DNA of 64,000 nt from Chryseobacterium gleum (GCA_945871895.1 CAMBXP010000003.1:1160-65159), one strand, 5' to 3'; positions 20,254 to 30,563 are shown, numbered from the stretch's first letter. Notes: generated by a model from the letters alone, not told the origin. A program made the numbers and translations.

Positions 20254-21165
20254 TTGATGAACAATAGCCTTTTCTTTACCATTGTAATTCCAACTTATAA
20301 TAGAGGTAAGTTAATTATTGATACTCTTGAAACAGTTCTAAATCAAAGTTATCGCAATTTTGAAATAATCATTGTCGACAATTATTCTACTGATAATACC
20401 GATGAAATTCTTAAACCCTATGTAGATAACGGTTTAATTCGCTATATTAAGCACGATAAGAATTACGAGAGAGCAAAATCGCGCAATACGGGTATGCAAA
20501 ACGCAAAAGGTGATTTTCTAACCTTGCTCGATTCAGATGATTTTATGTACGTTGATTGTTTGAAAGATGCTGCAGCATATGCTTTAAGTAATCCTGATAT
20601 AAAAGTTTTTCAAAACAAATACGAGTTGGTGAATGATAAGAAGGAAAAAATTTATTCTTACGCATTTCCATCTCTCGACAATCAATTTAAGGCTTTGTGT
20701 AGCGGTAATTTTATGGCATGTATTGGTGGTTTTTTGCACAAGGAAGTATATACTAAAATTCAGTTTGATACTACTCGAGAACTTACAGGATCTGAGGATT
20801 ATGAATATTGGTTTCGCGTTTTTGCTAAGTATAAAGTGGGTAGAATCGAGAAGGTGAATTCGGGTGTTTTACAGCATGAAGGCCGATCGGTGAACAATCA
20901 AGCCTTCGACTTAATGCTGCAACATAAAGATTATATCGTAGCGGTAATTCGCCGTCATTCAGCTGTAAAAGAAAAGTTTGAAAAGTATATTCCCCGTTTT
21001 GAGGCTTCCTTTTTGATTTATGCTGCAATTAAAGCTAATCAGTTTTTTTTGTTTAAAAGGGCTCTCTCTTTATTGCTGCTGGCTACTAAGGCGGATTTTA
21101 GTGTTTTGATGAGCAAACGATTTATTAGAGTATTTCAAATTGCTCTGTTTAGATTGAAAAGATAA
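20254..21165 (+). CDS. glycosyltransferase family 2
   Basis: FTIVIPTYNRGKLIIDTLETVLNQSY...IIVDNYSTDNT...LLDSDDFM (DxD). Confidence 0.85.
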   Translation: MMNNSLFFTIVIPTYNRGKLIIDTLETVLNQSYRNFEIIIVDNYSTDNTDEILKPYVDNGLIRYIKHDKNYERAKSRNTGMQNAKGDFLTLLDSDDFMYVDCLKDAAAYALSNPDIKVFQNKYELVNDKKEKIYSYAFPSLDNQFKALCSGNFMACIGGFLHKEVYTKIQFDTTRELTGSEDYEYWFRVFAKYKVGRIEKVNSGVLQHEGRSVNNQAFDLMLQHKDYIVAVIRRHSAVKEKFEKYIPRFEASFLIYAAIKANQFFLFKRALSLLLLATKADFSVLMSKRFIRVFQIALFRLKR

Positions 21166-21237
21166 TGACTAGGAGAGTTCTATAAATTACATTGTTGATA
21201 AATACTTATACCAACTTATTGATAATCATACTAATAA

Positions 21238-22241
21238 ATGCTTATCCGCAAACATACCTAGAATTTTGAGCTAATGCAATTGTTGCTCTATCAAACAAGC
21301 GTTCTCCGAAGTTCCTTCTATTTAATTTGTAACAGAATTCGTCGAGATAAAGCTGTAGATATTTCCCTTTAATTTTATGGTATACGCCAAGCAGATTTCT
21401 TTTCACATTACTTATTGCAATATGAACCCATCGCAATGTTGTGGCAGTAGTTTCGTTGGTTGATTTTTCTGTAATATGGGTTTCTACATACTTGGCGATA
21501 TCGATATAACTCGTGCTTTTGTCGGAAAAAACAATGCTCTTTTCATCAAAACTTTTCTCTATCATTTCGTTTACGTTTTCAGATTTGTGAGTTGTCAAAA
21601 CCTTCATTTTAAAGTAGCGACATTGCTTACTGATTGTTCCTTTTTCTAAATCCTCTAAAGGTGTGGATTCAGCCATTACCGCTACGTTTTGTTGTTTTCT
21701 ACTTCCTTTGCCGCGCTTGTTTGGCGTTGATTGCGTTTTAGATGTTGCTGTCTCAATATAGGCTTCATCAAATTCAATCATACCTGTTAATGAATACCGA
21801 TCATCTCTGTTGCCCATCGATTCTCGAATTTTATGCATCACCCGCCAAACACTTTCATACCGACTGTGACCAAGCTGCGTTTGTAGATCCTTGGCTGATA
21901 TTCCTTTTTTAGTGAAGCTCATGAAGGCAATCGATAAATACCATTTGTGAAAAGGCAACTTTGAACTTTCCAATATTGTTACACTTCTTAAGGTTGTTCT
22001 AAATCCGCAATGAACACATTGCCACTGCCTTTTCTTGAGTTGCCATCTGTGTTCTTGCCTTTCACATTTCTTACAAATAACACCTTCTTGTTCTCTCGTT
22101 GTTTTGAAATCCAGTCGGCAACTTTGCTCATCTGGAAAGGTTTTTAGGAATTCTAAGATTTTCATATCGCTTTATTTTCTAACAAATAAAGCCCCTCACA
22201 CCGCAATGGATTTACGGTGAGGTATGTTTGCGGATAAGCAT
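21238..22241 (-). mobile_element. IS1595-family insertion sequence, apparently intact
   Basis: Perfect 22-bp terminal inverted repeats: ATGCTTATCCGCAAACATACCT (21238-21259) and AGGTATGTTTGCGGATAAGCAT (22220-22241). They bracket a single transposase ORF. Confidence 0.85.
21242..22165 (-). CDS. IS1595-family transposase
   Basis: N-terminal zinc ribbon (CKKCERQEHRW...WQCVHCGFRTT) and a DDE domain (FDEAYIE...). The gene lies wholly inside the IR-bounded element. Confidence 0.85.
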   Translation of the reverse strand: MKILEFLKTFPDEQSCRLDFKTTREQEGVICKKCERQEHRWQLKKRQWQCVHCGFRTTLRSVTILESSKLPFHKWYLSIAFMSFTKKGISAKDLQTQLGHSRYESVWRVMHKIRESMGNRDDRYSLTGMIEFDEAYIETATSKTQSTPNKRGKGSRKQQNVAVMAESTPLEDLEKGTISKQCRYFKMKVLTTHKSENVNEMIEKSFDEKSIVFSDKSTSYIDIAKYVETHITEKSTNETTATTLRWVHIAISNVKRNLLGVYHKIKGKYLQLYLDEFCYKLNRRNFGERLFDRATIALAQNSRYVCG

Positions 22242-22244
22242 TAA

Positions 22245-23169
22245 AAAAATGAAACTACACCGCTAAAAAACACTTTATTTGATGAACAAAATTCCATAGC
22301 GCTTCTATCAGAAATAGGCAATCCCCTGGAGATGGTAAGCAAGGCGATAGATTTTGAAATGTTTCGTACAACATTAGAAAATAAATTACTGAACACCAAT
22401 AAAAAAATAATGCAGGCGCAAAGCCTTTTGATGTAGTGTTGATGTTTAAGATTGTAATTTTAAAACGTTATTATGGGCTTGGCGATAAACAAATAGAATA
22501 GCAAGTTATTGATAGAATTAGTTTTAAGAATTTTCTTGGCTTAGAAACAGGCGATAAAATACCCGATGAAAAAACCGTGTGGGCATTCAGGGAATCATTA
22601 ACAAATGAAGGGTTTGTAGATGATTTGTTTAATCAATTTAAAAATTATTTAGAATCGAAAGAATTAATTTTTAGCGCAGGACAATTAGTAAATGCAAGTT
22701 TTACAATAGCTCCACGACAACGCAATACAAAAGAAGAAAATGAAAAAGTAAAAACGGAGAAGGTGATGATTTGTGCAACGATGAGCCACACAAAAAATGT
22801 CATAAAGATATTGATGCTCGCTGGATACAAAAAAATAAGGAAACATTTTATGGATATAAAAATCATGCAAAGGTGGATACCAAAAGCAAATTTATAAATA
22901 CTTATGTTGTTGCAGCCGCATCATCGAATTACTCGCAGGCATTGGGAGGATTATTGGATAAAAAAGATGAACAAAAAAATAGTAATGAAGAAAAATTAAA
23001 AACAAGAGCAAGAGTTGTCTGCCAGTTGGCGGATGGATTTATGGAGCAAAGCATGAATGGATTATTTATACGCTCAGTTGGAATAGTAAGAGCAACCGGA
23101 ATAATAGGACTTATCAATTTAACATACAATTTATTTAGGTATGAGCAAACTCTAAGATTAAAAATTTAA
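22245..23169 (+). pseudogene. IS5-family (DDE_Tnp_1) transposase remnant with several frameshifts and stops
   Basis: Three-frame translation gives KNTLFDEQNSIALLSEIGNPLEMVSKAIDFEMFRTTLE / AKPFDVVLMFKIVILKRYYGLGDKQIE* / VIDRISFKNFLGLETGDKIPDEKTVWAFRESL / DIDARWIQKNKETFYGYKNHAKVD. The remnant directly abuts the IS1595 right inverted repeat. Confidence 0.75.
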
Positions 23170-23340
23170 CAACCTGATAGATAGATATATAGATATATAA
23201 AATCATGCGGTGGTAAGAAAAAAATATTGTATTTTTGAAAAAAAAGATCACAAAAAATCGATTAACAGGTGCTTCGATTTTTATTCAAATCTTTAAAAAT
23301 GAATTTTTAGAACCCACCACTATTGAAAATTTAAATTAAG

Positions 23341-24267
23341 TTGAATATGCCTTTAGCTCCAATTCTACTATTTGCTTTCAAACGATATGAGCATACTAAA
23401 GCAACTTTAGATGCTTTGAGAAAGAATTATTTAGCAGATCAAAGTGAACTTGTTGTAGTGTTGGATGGCGCTCGAAACGAGTTGGAATTTAAAGAAGTGC
23501 AAAAAGTGAAGGAGCTTGTGCTGAGCGAGCATTGGTGTGGAAAAGTAGAGCTGATAGCACGAAAGGAAAATAGAGGTCTTAATGAGAATTTTTTTGATAC
23601 TATTGCTGAAGTGTTAGCAAAACACAACAAGATTATTGTTCTTGAAGATGATATTTGCGCTGCTCCTTATTTTTTGAAATACATGAATGATGCTCTGGAC
23701 CATTATGAAAATGAAAAAAAAGTGATGAATATTTCTGGTTTTGCATTCAACTGGAAAACTAAGTCCCTGCCCGAGTCCTTCTTTATTAAATGCAGCAGCA
23801 CCTGGGGATGGGCAACTTGGAAAGACAGATGGGATTTGCTGATTCGTAATCCAAAAATAATCTACGATGAAGTTCAGAGAAGCAATCTTAAGTTTGACTT
23901 CACTCAGCGCGAAACGGAAAATGATTATTTTGAGCAGCTGGAATTAGAAATTGAGGGTAAAAAGAATATTTGGGATATTAAATGGTATGGCACTTTAATG
24001 TTAAATGATGGTTTGTCACTTTACCCTAGAAAAAGTTTGGTGGAGAATATAGGTTTTGATGGCTCTGGAACTCATTATACAGCAAATGTTGTGGGGCATA
24101 AAATTGAACTTGAATCTGATAAAATAAATGACTTTCCTTCCTTAATTGAAGAAAATGTTGAGGCAAGAAAAGCAATAGGAGCTTACTTTAAGTCTCTGCA
24201 ACCTACTTTTTTTGATAAGGCCAAATACAAGCTAAATCTATTGAAAGCTAAGTATTTCGGAAAATAA
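23341..24267 (+). CDS. GT-A fold glycosyltransferase, GnT-I (GT13)-like
   Basis: APILLFAFKRYEHT...IIVLEDDICAAPYFLKYM resembles the EDD motif region of GnT-I-like transferases. Confidence 0.45.
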   Translation: MNMPLAPILLFAFKRYEHTKATLDALRKNYLADQSELVVVLDGARNELEFKEVQKVKELVLSEHWCGKVELIARKENRGLNENFFDTIAEVLAKHNKIIVLEDDICAAPYFLKYMNDALDHYENEKKVMNISGFAFNWKTKSLPESFFIKCSSTWGWATWKDRWDLLIRNPKIIYDEVQRSNLKFDFTQRETENDYFEQLELEIEGKKNIWDIKWYGTLMLNDGLSLYPRKSLVENIGFDGSGTHYTANVVGHKIELESDKINDFPSLIEENVEARKAIGAYFKSLQPTFFDKAKYKLNLLKAKYFGK

Positions 24268-24424
24268 AATTATCGCATTTTCCCTATTTTCTTTTATATT
24301 CGCATCGCTTTAATCGTAAAATTTTGTCGATGCAAACAGTATTAATCATAGATGCTACGGGGCTTTGGACTAAAAAAATTGTTCGCCCAATAAACAGCAT
24401 TTCTAATTCTTCTTTCGCATCAAT

Positions 24425-25096
24425 ATGATTATTCAACATGCGCTCATAATGGCTGCGGGAAGAGGTATGCGAATGATGCCTTTTACCGAAAATATGCCCA
24501 AAGCAATGGCTCCTTTAGCAGGGACTACGCTTATTGCCAATGGTATCGACAAGCTTAAAAAACGCATTCCCAATATTCATATCACTGTAGGGTATAAGGG
24601 CTCTATGTTGGCTTCTCATGTTATAGAACATGATGTGAGTTCTGTTCTAAACACCGAAGGAAAAGACAATTCGTGGTGGATTTACAATTCTTTGATGAAG
24701 AATTTAGATTTTCCCATTTACGTGCTCACCTGCGACAATGTAATTGAACTCGATTTCGATTTAATGGAGAAAGATTACATCGCTGCTGGTAAACCCGCAT
24801 GTATGGTGATTCCAGTGAAGCCTATTGAAGGTTTAGATGGAGATTTCATTTTTCACGAAAATCAGTGTATCACTGAACTTTCAAGAACTAAACCCTCTAA
24901 AATGTACTGTTCGGGAATTCAAATTCTCAATCCGAAAAAAATAAACGAAATCACTCAACCTGCAGATAATTTCTACAATGTATGGATGCAGTTGATTGAG
25001 TTGAAGCAATTGTATTGCTCTAATATTTATCCAAAACAATGGTACGCGGTTGATACCGTAAACCAGTTGGAAGCTATCAATAAATTACATAAATAA
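24425..25096 (+). CDS. sugar-phosphate nucleotidyltransferase (LicC/MobA-like NTP-transferase fold)
   Basis: LIMAAGRGMRMMPFTENMPKAMAPL matches the nucleotidyltransferase G-rich loop. Confidence 0.65.
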   Translation: MIIQHALIMAAGRGMRMMPFTENMPKAMAPLAGTTLIANGIDKLKKRIPNIHITVGYKGSMLASHVIEHDVSSVLNTEGKDNSWWIYNSLMKNLDFPIYVLTCDNVIELDFDLMEKDYIAAGKPACMVIPVKPIEGLDGDFIFHENQCITELSRTKPSKMYCSGIQILNPKKINEITQPADNFYNVWMQLIELKQLYCSNIYPKQWYAVDTVNQLEAINKLHK

Positions 25097-25097
25097 G

Positions 25098-26933
25098 ATG
25101 TGCGGCATTGCTGGATATTTCTCGGTAAATAAAGTTTTTTCTCCCGAGGAACTTCCTGCAATGGCTAATGCAATTGCGCACCGCGGACCAGATGCCGAAG
25201 GCGTTTATTCGCATGGTAGTGTTGGTTTGGCCCATCGCCGCTTAAGTATTGTTGATTTGAATCCGCGTTCCAATCAGCCCATGACTTCCCAAGATGGAAA
25301 TTTTGTGATTTGCTACAACGGCGAAGTATACAATTTCCCTGAACTCGCTACCAAATACAATCTCACCCTTCGCACTCACTCCGACACTGAAGTTATACTA
25401 GAATTATTCGCTAAAGTCGGTCCTTCTTGCGTGAACGAGTTTAATGGCATGTTCGCCATTGCTATCTATAATATTCAAAAAGAAACATTGCATATTTTTA
25501 GAGATAGAATAGGAATTAAACCTGTTTATTATTTTTACGACGGACAAAATTTTGCTTTTGCCTCTGATATTAAATCCTTATTTACATTGGATTTTGTGAA
25601 GAAACAAAAGGCAACCAATCTTAATGCTGTAAAAGAGTTTTTGTATCTGGGTTATATTCCACACCCAAACACGATTTACCAAAATATAAACAAATTTGAG
25701 GCGGGTTCATTTGTTAAGATCGACAAGAATGGCGCTAAATTCGAAACGTATTGGGATTTAAATAAAAAGGTGAAATCTTCAGTGAAATCGAACGAAGCTG
25801 AAGCTAAAATAGAGCTTAAGTCATTAATTGAAGCTTCCGTAAAAAGAAGAATGTTCGCCGATGTTCCTTTCGGTACTTTCTTAAGTGGAGGCACCGATTC
25901 AAGCGTTGTTACTGCTGTTGCACAAAGTCTATCTACAGAGAAAATAAATACTTTTTCCATTGGCTTCAAAGAGGCCAAATACAATGAAGCCGAGCACGCT
26001 AAAGCAGTAGCGAATCATTTAGGCACCAACCACCACGAATTCATTGTATCACAAAAAGATGCATTAGATTTATTTCCCGAAATCATTGGTACTTACGATG
26101 AGCCTTTTGCCGATTGTTCTAGCATTCCAACCATGTTGGTTTCTAAATTAGCTCGTCAGCATGTGAAAATGACTTTGTCTGGCGATGGGGGAGATGAACA
26201 GTTTTTAGGTTACGGATTTTACAACTGGGCAAATCGTTTGAATAATCCTTTAATCAAGACTTTTAGAGGAGCTATTTCACCTTCATTAAAGTTGATGGGC
26301 AATCGTTTTGAACGTGCTTCTCATTTGTTCGATTATCCTACCGATAGAAAGAAAAGTCATATTTTCTCACAAGAACAATACTATTTTTCTTTGGCCGAAA
26401 TTGATGATTTGATGCTGGGTAAGCAGTCGATCACATTGAATGAAAATTTCGATTTACAAAGAAAATTGAGTCCGGCAGAAGAACAAGCATTCTTTGATTT
26501 ACATTACTATTTACCCGATGATTTATTGGTGAAAGTTGATAAGGCATCAATGAAATACGGATTAGAAGCTCGTGTTCCATTACTAGATCATACCATTATT
26601 GAATTCTCCTTAAATCTTGATGAAAAACTCAAGGTGAAAGACGGAGTGTCTAAATATCTATTGAAAGAAGTTCTCTACGATTACGTACCAAGAGAATTAA
26701 TGAACCGTCCGAAATGGGGATTCAGTATCCCTTTAAACGATTGGCTTAAATCTGATTTGCGTGAATTGGTAGAACAATATACTTCCAAAGAAGTGATTGA
26801 AGCTGCTGGATTTGTTGATTACAAAAAAGTTCAGCAATTAAAAGCTCAATATTTTGGAGGAAAGGATTATTTGTACAATAGAGTATGGGCGATAGTGTTG
26901 TTGCATAATTGGTATTCCCTCTCGAGGAGTTAG
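25098..26933 (+). CDS. asnB: asparagine synthase (glutamine-hydrolysing)-family amidotransferase (AsnB/WbpS-like)
   Basis: N-terminal MCGIAGY nucleophile and PP-loop SGGTDSS. The gene sits in a glycan cluster, as polysaccharide-amidating AsnB homologues do. Confidence 0.85.
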   Translation: MCGIAGYFSVNKVFSPEELPAMANAIAHRGPDAEGVYSHGSVGLAHRRLSIVDLNPRSNQPMTSQDGNFVICYNGEVYNFPELATKYNLTLRTHSDTEVILELFAKVGPSCVNEFNGMFAIAIYNIQKETLHIFRDRIGIKPVYYFYDGQNFAFASDIKSLFTLDFVKKQKATNLNAVKEFLYLGYIPHPNTIYQNINKFEAGSFVKIDKNGAKFETYWDLNKKVKSSVKSNEAEAKIELKSLIEASVKRRMFADVPFGTFLSGGTDSSVVTAVAQSLSTEKINTFSIGFKEAKYNEAEHAKAVANHLGTNHHEFIVSQKDALDLFPEIIGTYDEPFADCSSIPTMLVSKLARQHVKMTLSGDGGDEQFLGYGFYNWANRLNNPLIKTFRGAISPSLKLMGNRFERASHLFDYPTDRKKSHIFSQEQYYFSLAEIDDLMLGKQSITLNENFDLQRKLSPAEEQAFFDLHYYLPDDLLVKVDKASMKYGLEARVPLLDHTIIEFSLNLDEKLKVKDGVSKYLLKEVLYDYVPRELMNRPKWGFSIPLNDWLKSDLRELVEQYTSKEVIEAAGFVDYKKVQQLKAQYFGGKDYLYNRVWAIVLLHNWYSLSRS

Positions 26934-26979
26934 GGGTGTGACATCTTTAGCAGGAATAATAATTTTAAACTATTGCCTT

Positions 26980-29900
26980 CTATCTATTCACGATAACTTT
27001 AGAAACTACAAAATTATTATCATAATTCACTTTTACAAAATACATATCATTAGCAAAAGTATTTAAATCGATTTCTGTGTTGTAAGAAATATTTTTTTTC
27101 TCCATTAATAGCTTTCCAGTTTTATCATAAACCAAAATAAAATTAGGAATTTCCCTTTCGCTAATCAGCGTGAAAACCCCATTGCTTGGATTAGGAAAAA
27201 TACTTATTCTTGGAGAGATGTTATCATTTATAGAGCTTGGACTGCAAGGCAATTGATTTTGGTTAGTGTAAATTGTATTGAATACAGAGTTAGTTATTAT
27301 TGCGGGGTTAAAGTCGAAATATATTTCTGCTTTATTTCTAATTTGATTTCCCGTGTTTAAATTTTGTTTTGGTAGGATCTCATAAACCACATAGCCATGG
27401 CTCATTGGTTCATTATGAGTACTATCGATTAACATAATATTATCGAATGCAAATTTAATCACATTGCCTGCAAGAACTTGTGTATACATAGTATCGCTGC
27501 TTGAGAGAACATGAAGTGAGTTTAGGTCCAAGTTAGCATCAATCGAATCGAGCACTGAAATGTTAATGGCTTCTGCATTACCTGTATTTTGGAAATGAAC
27601 AGCATAGGTTAACTTTTGATCGGGTTTGATATATCCCTCTTCACATAAGCCGGAAGGATCTACCGAAATGTAATTTGGGTCGTAACCATTAATCACTGTG
27701 AAGATGTATTGGTGGAAATTATTTGTAGGATCAGTATCGCCAATATTTGGATCAATGAGGGTTCTAATTATAACGCTGTCTCCTATTTTAGCTAAATTAG
27801 ATGTGTGTACATCAATAACGGCGTTAAATGCCTTACCTTCAAATTGTAATTGAGAAAAATTCCAAATTAAAGTATCTCCAATAATATTATTAGGCGCAGG
27901 GAATGCTGTTTGATAATTCAACCACTTGGAAAGAATTAATTTAATTTTTCCGTCTTGAAGCACACAGCCTTCATTAATACCAGTAAGGAATATTTTGGCA
28001 GAAAATCCTTTTCTAAATGAACTTGCGATTAAAGCCGAGTTTAAATCGAAGTTATTCATTTCTTTTGGTTCATTAATTAATAGATAGCTAGTGTCAACAC
28101 AGCCTTTGCTGTCAGTTACTCTGGCGCCGTATATTCCTTTTACAGTGAAAGTTTTTGTTGAATCGCCAACATTACTGTTAAACCAAGTATAGTTGTATGG
28201 AGAATGACCTTGGTAAGCTTTAAGTTTTGCTTTACCCGACACTTGGCAATGAACATCGTCCACTTCCTTAAAAGTTAATGTTAAATTATTGCACGCAGAA
28301 GAGTTGGGATAGCCATTGATACGAGCAATTCGATTGCAACTCTTTCCATTGTAGGAGGTAAATTCTCCGGTGGTCATTAAATTTCCATCTTTCAAAACAA
28401 GCAATGAATTTACTACACTTAATCCAGAATAATGTAACATAAACCCCTCCTTGCTTTGGAAAGAGGTGTCAATTAATCCCTGACTATCTATACACACCAG
28501 TTTGCGTTTATGAATATTGTTAACTGTGGAAAAACTGCCTGCAAGATAAATTCTTCCATCGTCGTTTACATGTATTTGGGTTACGTTACTATCTATTGTT
28601 ACACTAAAAGTAGAGTCAGTAAGTCCACTCGGCATTAATCTAACCACATCATTTTTTGTTGAACTAATTAATATTCTATTTTGTTTGTCTATTTGTATAG
28701 CACCGATGGGTAAGTTTAATAAATTATTGTATTTAAAAGTGCTGTCAATGGTACCATCTTGATTTAACCGGAGTAAATACGAAACATTGTCTTGATTGAA
28801 TTTGGTGAAATCACCACCAACTAATAATTTGCCGTCTTTCTGCAGCTTTATACTTCTCACTACGCCGGAGGCTGCTGAACCAATTAAATAATTATTGTCA
28901 ATAGAGCCATTTGTATTTAAACGAGCTATTTTTCCATCAAAATTACCTTTGACAATGATTTTACCGTCAGTTTGAACTTCTAACCCATAAACACTTGCGA
29001 ATGCACCCGACATGCTTATTTTGTTCTCAAAGGTGCTGTCAGTGGTTCCATCGGGATTAAGTTTAGCTATATATTTTTGATTGGCTGATGAATTCACAGA
29101 AGTAAAAGCCCCACCTATAAGTATTTTATTGTCGGGTAATACTTTAACACAGGAAACTCCAATAACTTGAACATTGAAAGTGTGATCTAAATTTCCGTTC
29201 TTCAACAATCGAATACATGAAGGTATAGTGAGCTGGTTATAAAATCCGTAAGTTGTACTAACCAATACTTTTCCATCATTATGTTCTGCAATATCTGAAA
29301 TGGCCGAAGCTTTGTTAAAGCCGACAAAAATAAATGTAGTATCTGTGCTGCCATCTATATTCAATCTCGACAATCCCTGTATGTTTAAATTATTATATGT
29401 AAATCTATCTCCGCCAATATAAATTTTATTTAAGTGTTCCTGAACAACAAGTATTCTGGAAACATTTTTTGTATTAGTATCGAGCTTAAAAGTAGTATCT
29501 AGTTCTCCAAATTCATTTACACGAACTAATCCATTACAACTAATACCATTGTACTTTTTAAAAAGTCCACAGATATAAAAGTTTTTTCCATCGTTACTTC
29601 TCACATTATCCACATTGTTGTCAGTAACACCGACTTTAAATGAAGAAATAATATTGCCGCTGGTGTCGTACTTCGCAACAGAAGATGGATTTCCTACCAT
29701 GATTTCTCCATTTTGCAACAATAAAAAGTCAGATGGGATGTAACTAATCATTTCAATAGAATGAAATGTATTATCTATACTTCCATTAGGATTCAGCCTT
29801 ACTATTGTTGATCCTTGTCTTACCAATATTTTATCATCTTTTTGGATTTTAATATTAAAAATAGCATCCACTGGAATAAAAGGTATAAAAGAAGTATCAA

Positions 29901-30450
29901 TTGATCCATCTTGATTAAGCCTGCCAAAATATGGTGTATAAGTTTGGGAATCTTCGCCGCCTATTATGATTTTTCCATCTTTTTGTACCTCAGAAGACCA
30001 AATTTCCTTTTGTCCGGTTAAGCCGCTTTTAAATGTAGTGTCAAGTGAGCCATCAATATTAACTTTCGCAACATAGTAAGCATCTTGATTTCTGTATTGA
30101 GTAAATTTACCAACTATCAATATTTTCCCATCATTACACACAATTGTATTGTGGACCCAATCAGAAGCCATTCCATATAGTTTATTGAATTCCTTATCAA
30201 GAGTGCCATCTGCATTCAATTTTGCAATGTAGGGAATTCTAATATCGCTATATTCAGTAAAGGCTCCTGAAACAATAATTTCGCCGTTCGGTAGTGTATC
30301 TATATCATTAACTATATTATTCGCACCCCCGCCGAAACCTCGTTCTCTACTATTAGGATTAAATGTAGTATCCAAAGTACCAGGTTGTGCTAAACTAAAA
30401 GAGGAGAAAATGACAAATAGCGCGGCGAATAGATTTTTCAGAATTTGCAT
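26980..30450 (-). CDS. T9SS cargo protein: large secreted repeat protein with C-terminal Por secretion sorting domain
   Basis: Signal peptide. About 13 degenerate G(S/T)xDxxF beta-propeller-type repeats (GTLDTTF, GSLDTTF, GSIDTSF ...). C-terminal T9SS type-A sorting domain (...DMYFVKVNYDNNFVVSKVIVNR). Confidence 0.8.
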   Translation of the reverse strand: MQILKNLFAALFVIFSSFSLAQPGTLDTTFNPNSRERGFGGGANNIVNDIDTLPNGEIIVSGAFTEYSDIRIPYIAKLNADGTLDKEFNKLYGMASDWVHNTIVCNDGKILIVGKFTQYRNQDAYYVAKVNIDGSLDTTFKSGLTGQKEIWSSEVQKDGKIIIGGEDSQTYTPYFGRLNQDGSIDTSFIPFIPVDAIFNIKIQKDDKILVRQGSTIVRLNPNGSIDNTFHSIEMISYIPSDFLLLQNGEIMVGNPSSVAKYDTSGNIISSFKVGVTDNNVDNVRSNDGKNFYICGLFKKYNGISCNGLVRVNEFGELDTTFKLDTNTKNVSRILVVQEHLNKIYIGGDRFTYNNLNIQGLSRLNIDGSTDTTFIFVGFNKASAISDIAEHNDGKVLVSTTYGFYNQLTIPSCIRLLKNGNLDHTFNVQVIGVSCVKVLPDNKILIGGAFTSVNSSANQKYIAKLNPDGTTDSTFENKISMSGAFASVYGLEVQTDGKIIVKGNFDGKIARLNTNGSIDNNYLIGSAASGVVRSIKLQKDGKLLVGGDFTKFNQDNVSYLLRLNQDGTIDSTFKYNNLLNLPIGAIQIDKQNRILISSTKNDVVRLMPSGLTDSTFSVTIDSNVTQIHVNDDGRIYLAGSFSTVNNIHKRKLVCIDSQGLIDTSFQSKEGFMLHYSGLSVVNSLLVLKDGNLMTTGEFTSYNGKSCNRIARINGYPNSSACNNLTLTFKEVDDVHCQVSGKAKLKAYQGHSPYNYTWFNSNVGDSTKTFTVKGIYGARVTDSKGCVDTSYLLINEPKEMNNFDLNSALIASSFRKGFSAKIFLTGINEGCVLQDGKIKLILSKWLNYQTAFPAPNNIIGDTLIWNFSQLQFEGKAFNAVIDVHTSNLAKIGDSVIIRTLIDPNIGDTDPTNNFHQYIFTVINGYDPNYISVDPSGLCEEGYIKPDQKLTYAVHFQNTGNAEAINISVLDSIDANLDLNSLHVLSSSDTMYTQVLAGNVIKFAFDNIMLIDSTHNEPMSHGYVVYEILPKQNLNTGNQIRNKAEIYFDFNPAIITNSVFNTIYTNQNQLPCSPSSINDNISPRISIFPNPSNGVFTLISEREIPNFILVYDKTGKLLMEKKNISYNTEIDLNTFANDMYFVKVNYDNNFVVSKVIVNR

Positions 30451-30563
30451 GTTTCAGTTATTTTGAGAGAGTTTCGAAGATATGGAATTTTTCTATGTAG
30501 AGAAAACTGTTTACTTTTTGTAAATTGCACAAGTGGTATTAAAAAAATAGAGACCAATACTTT

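Noticed and set aside
22035-22220. 61-aa plus-strand ORF overlapping the IS1595 transposase start and right inverted repeat
   Set aside because: It is antisense to the transposase 5' end, runs into the terminal inverted repeat, and has no homology signal. It is an artefact of AT-rich IS ends.
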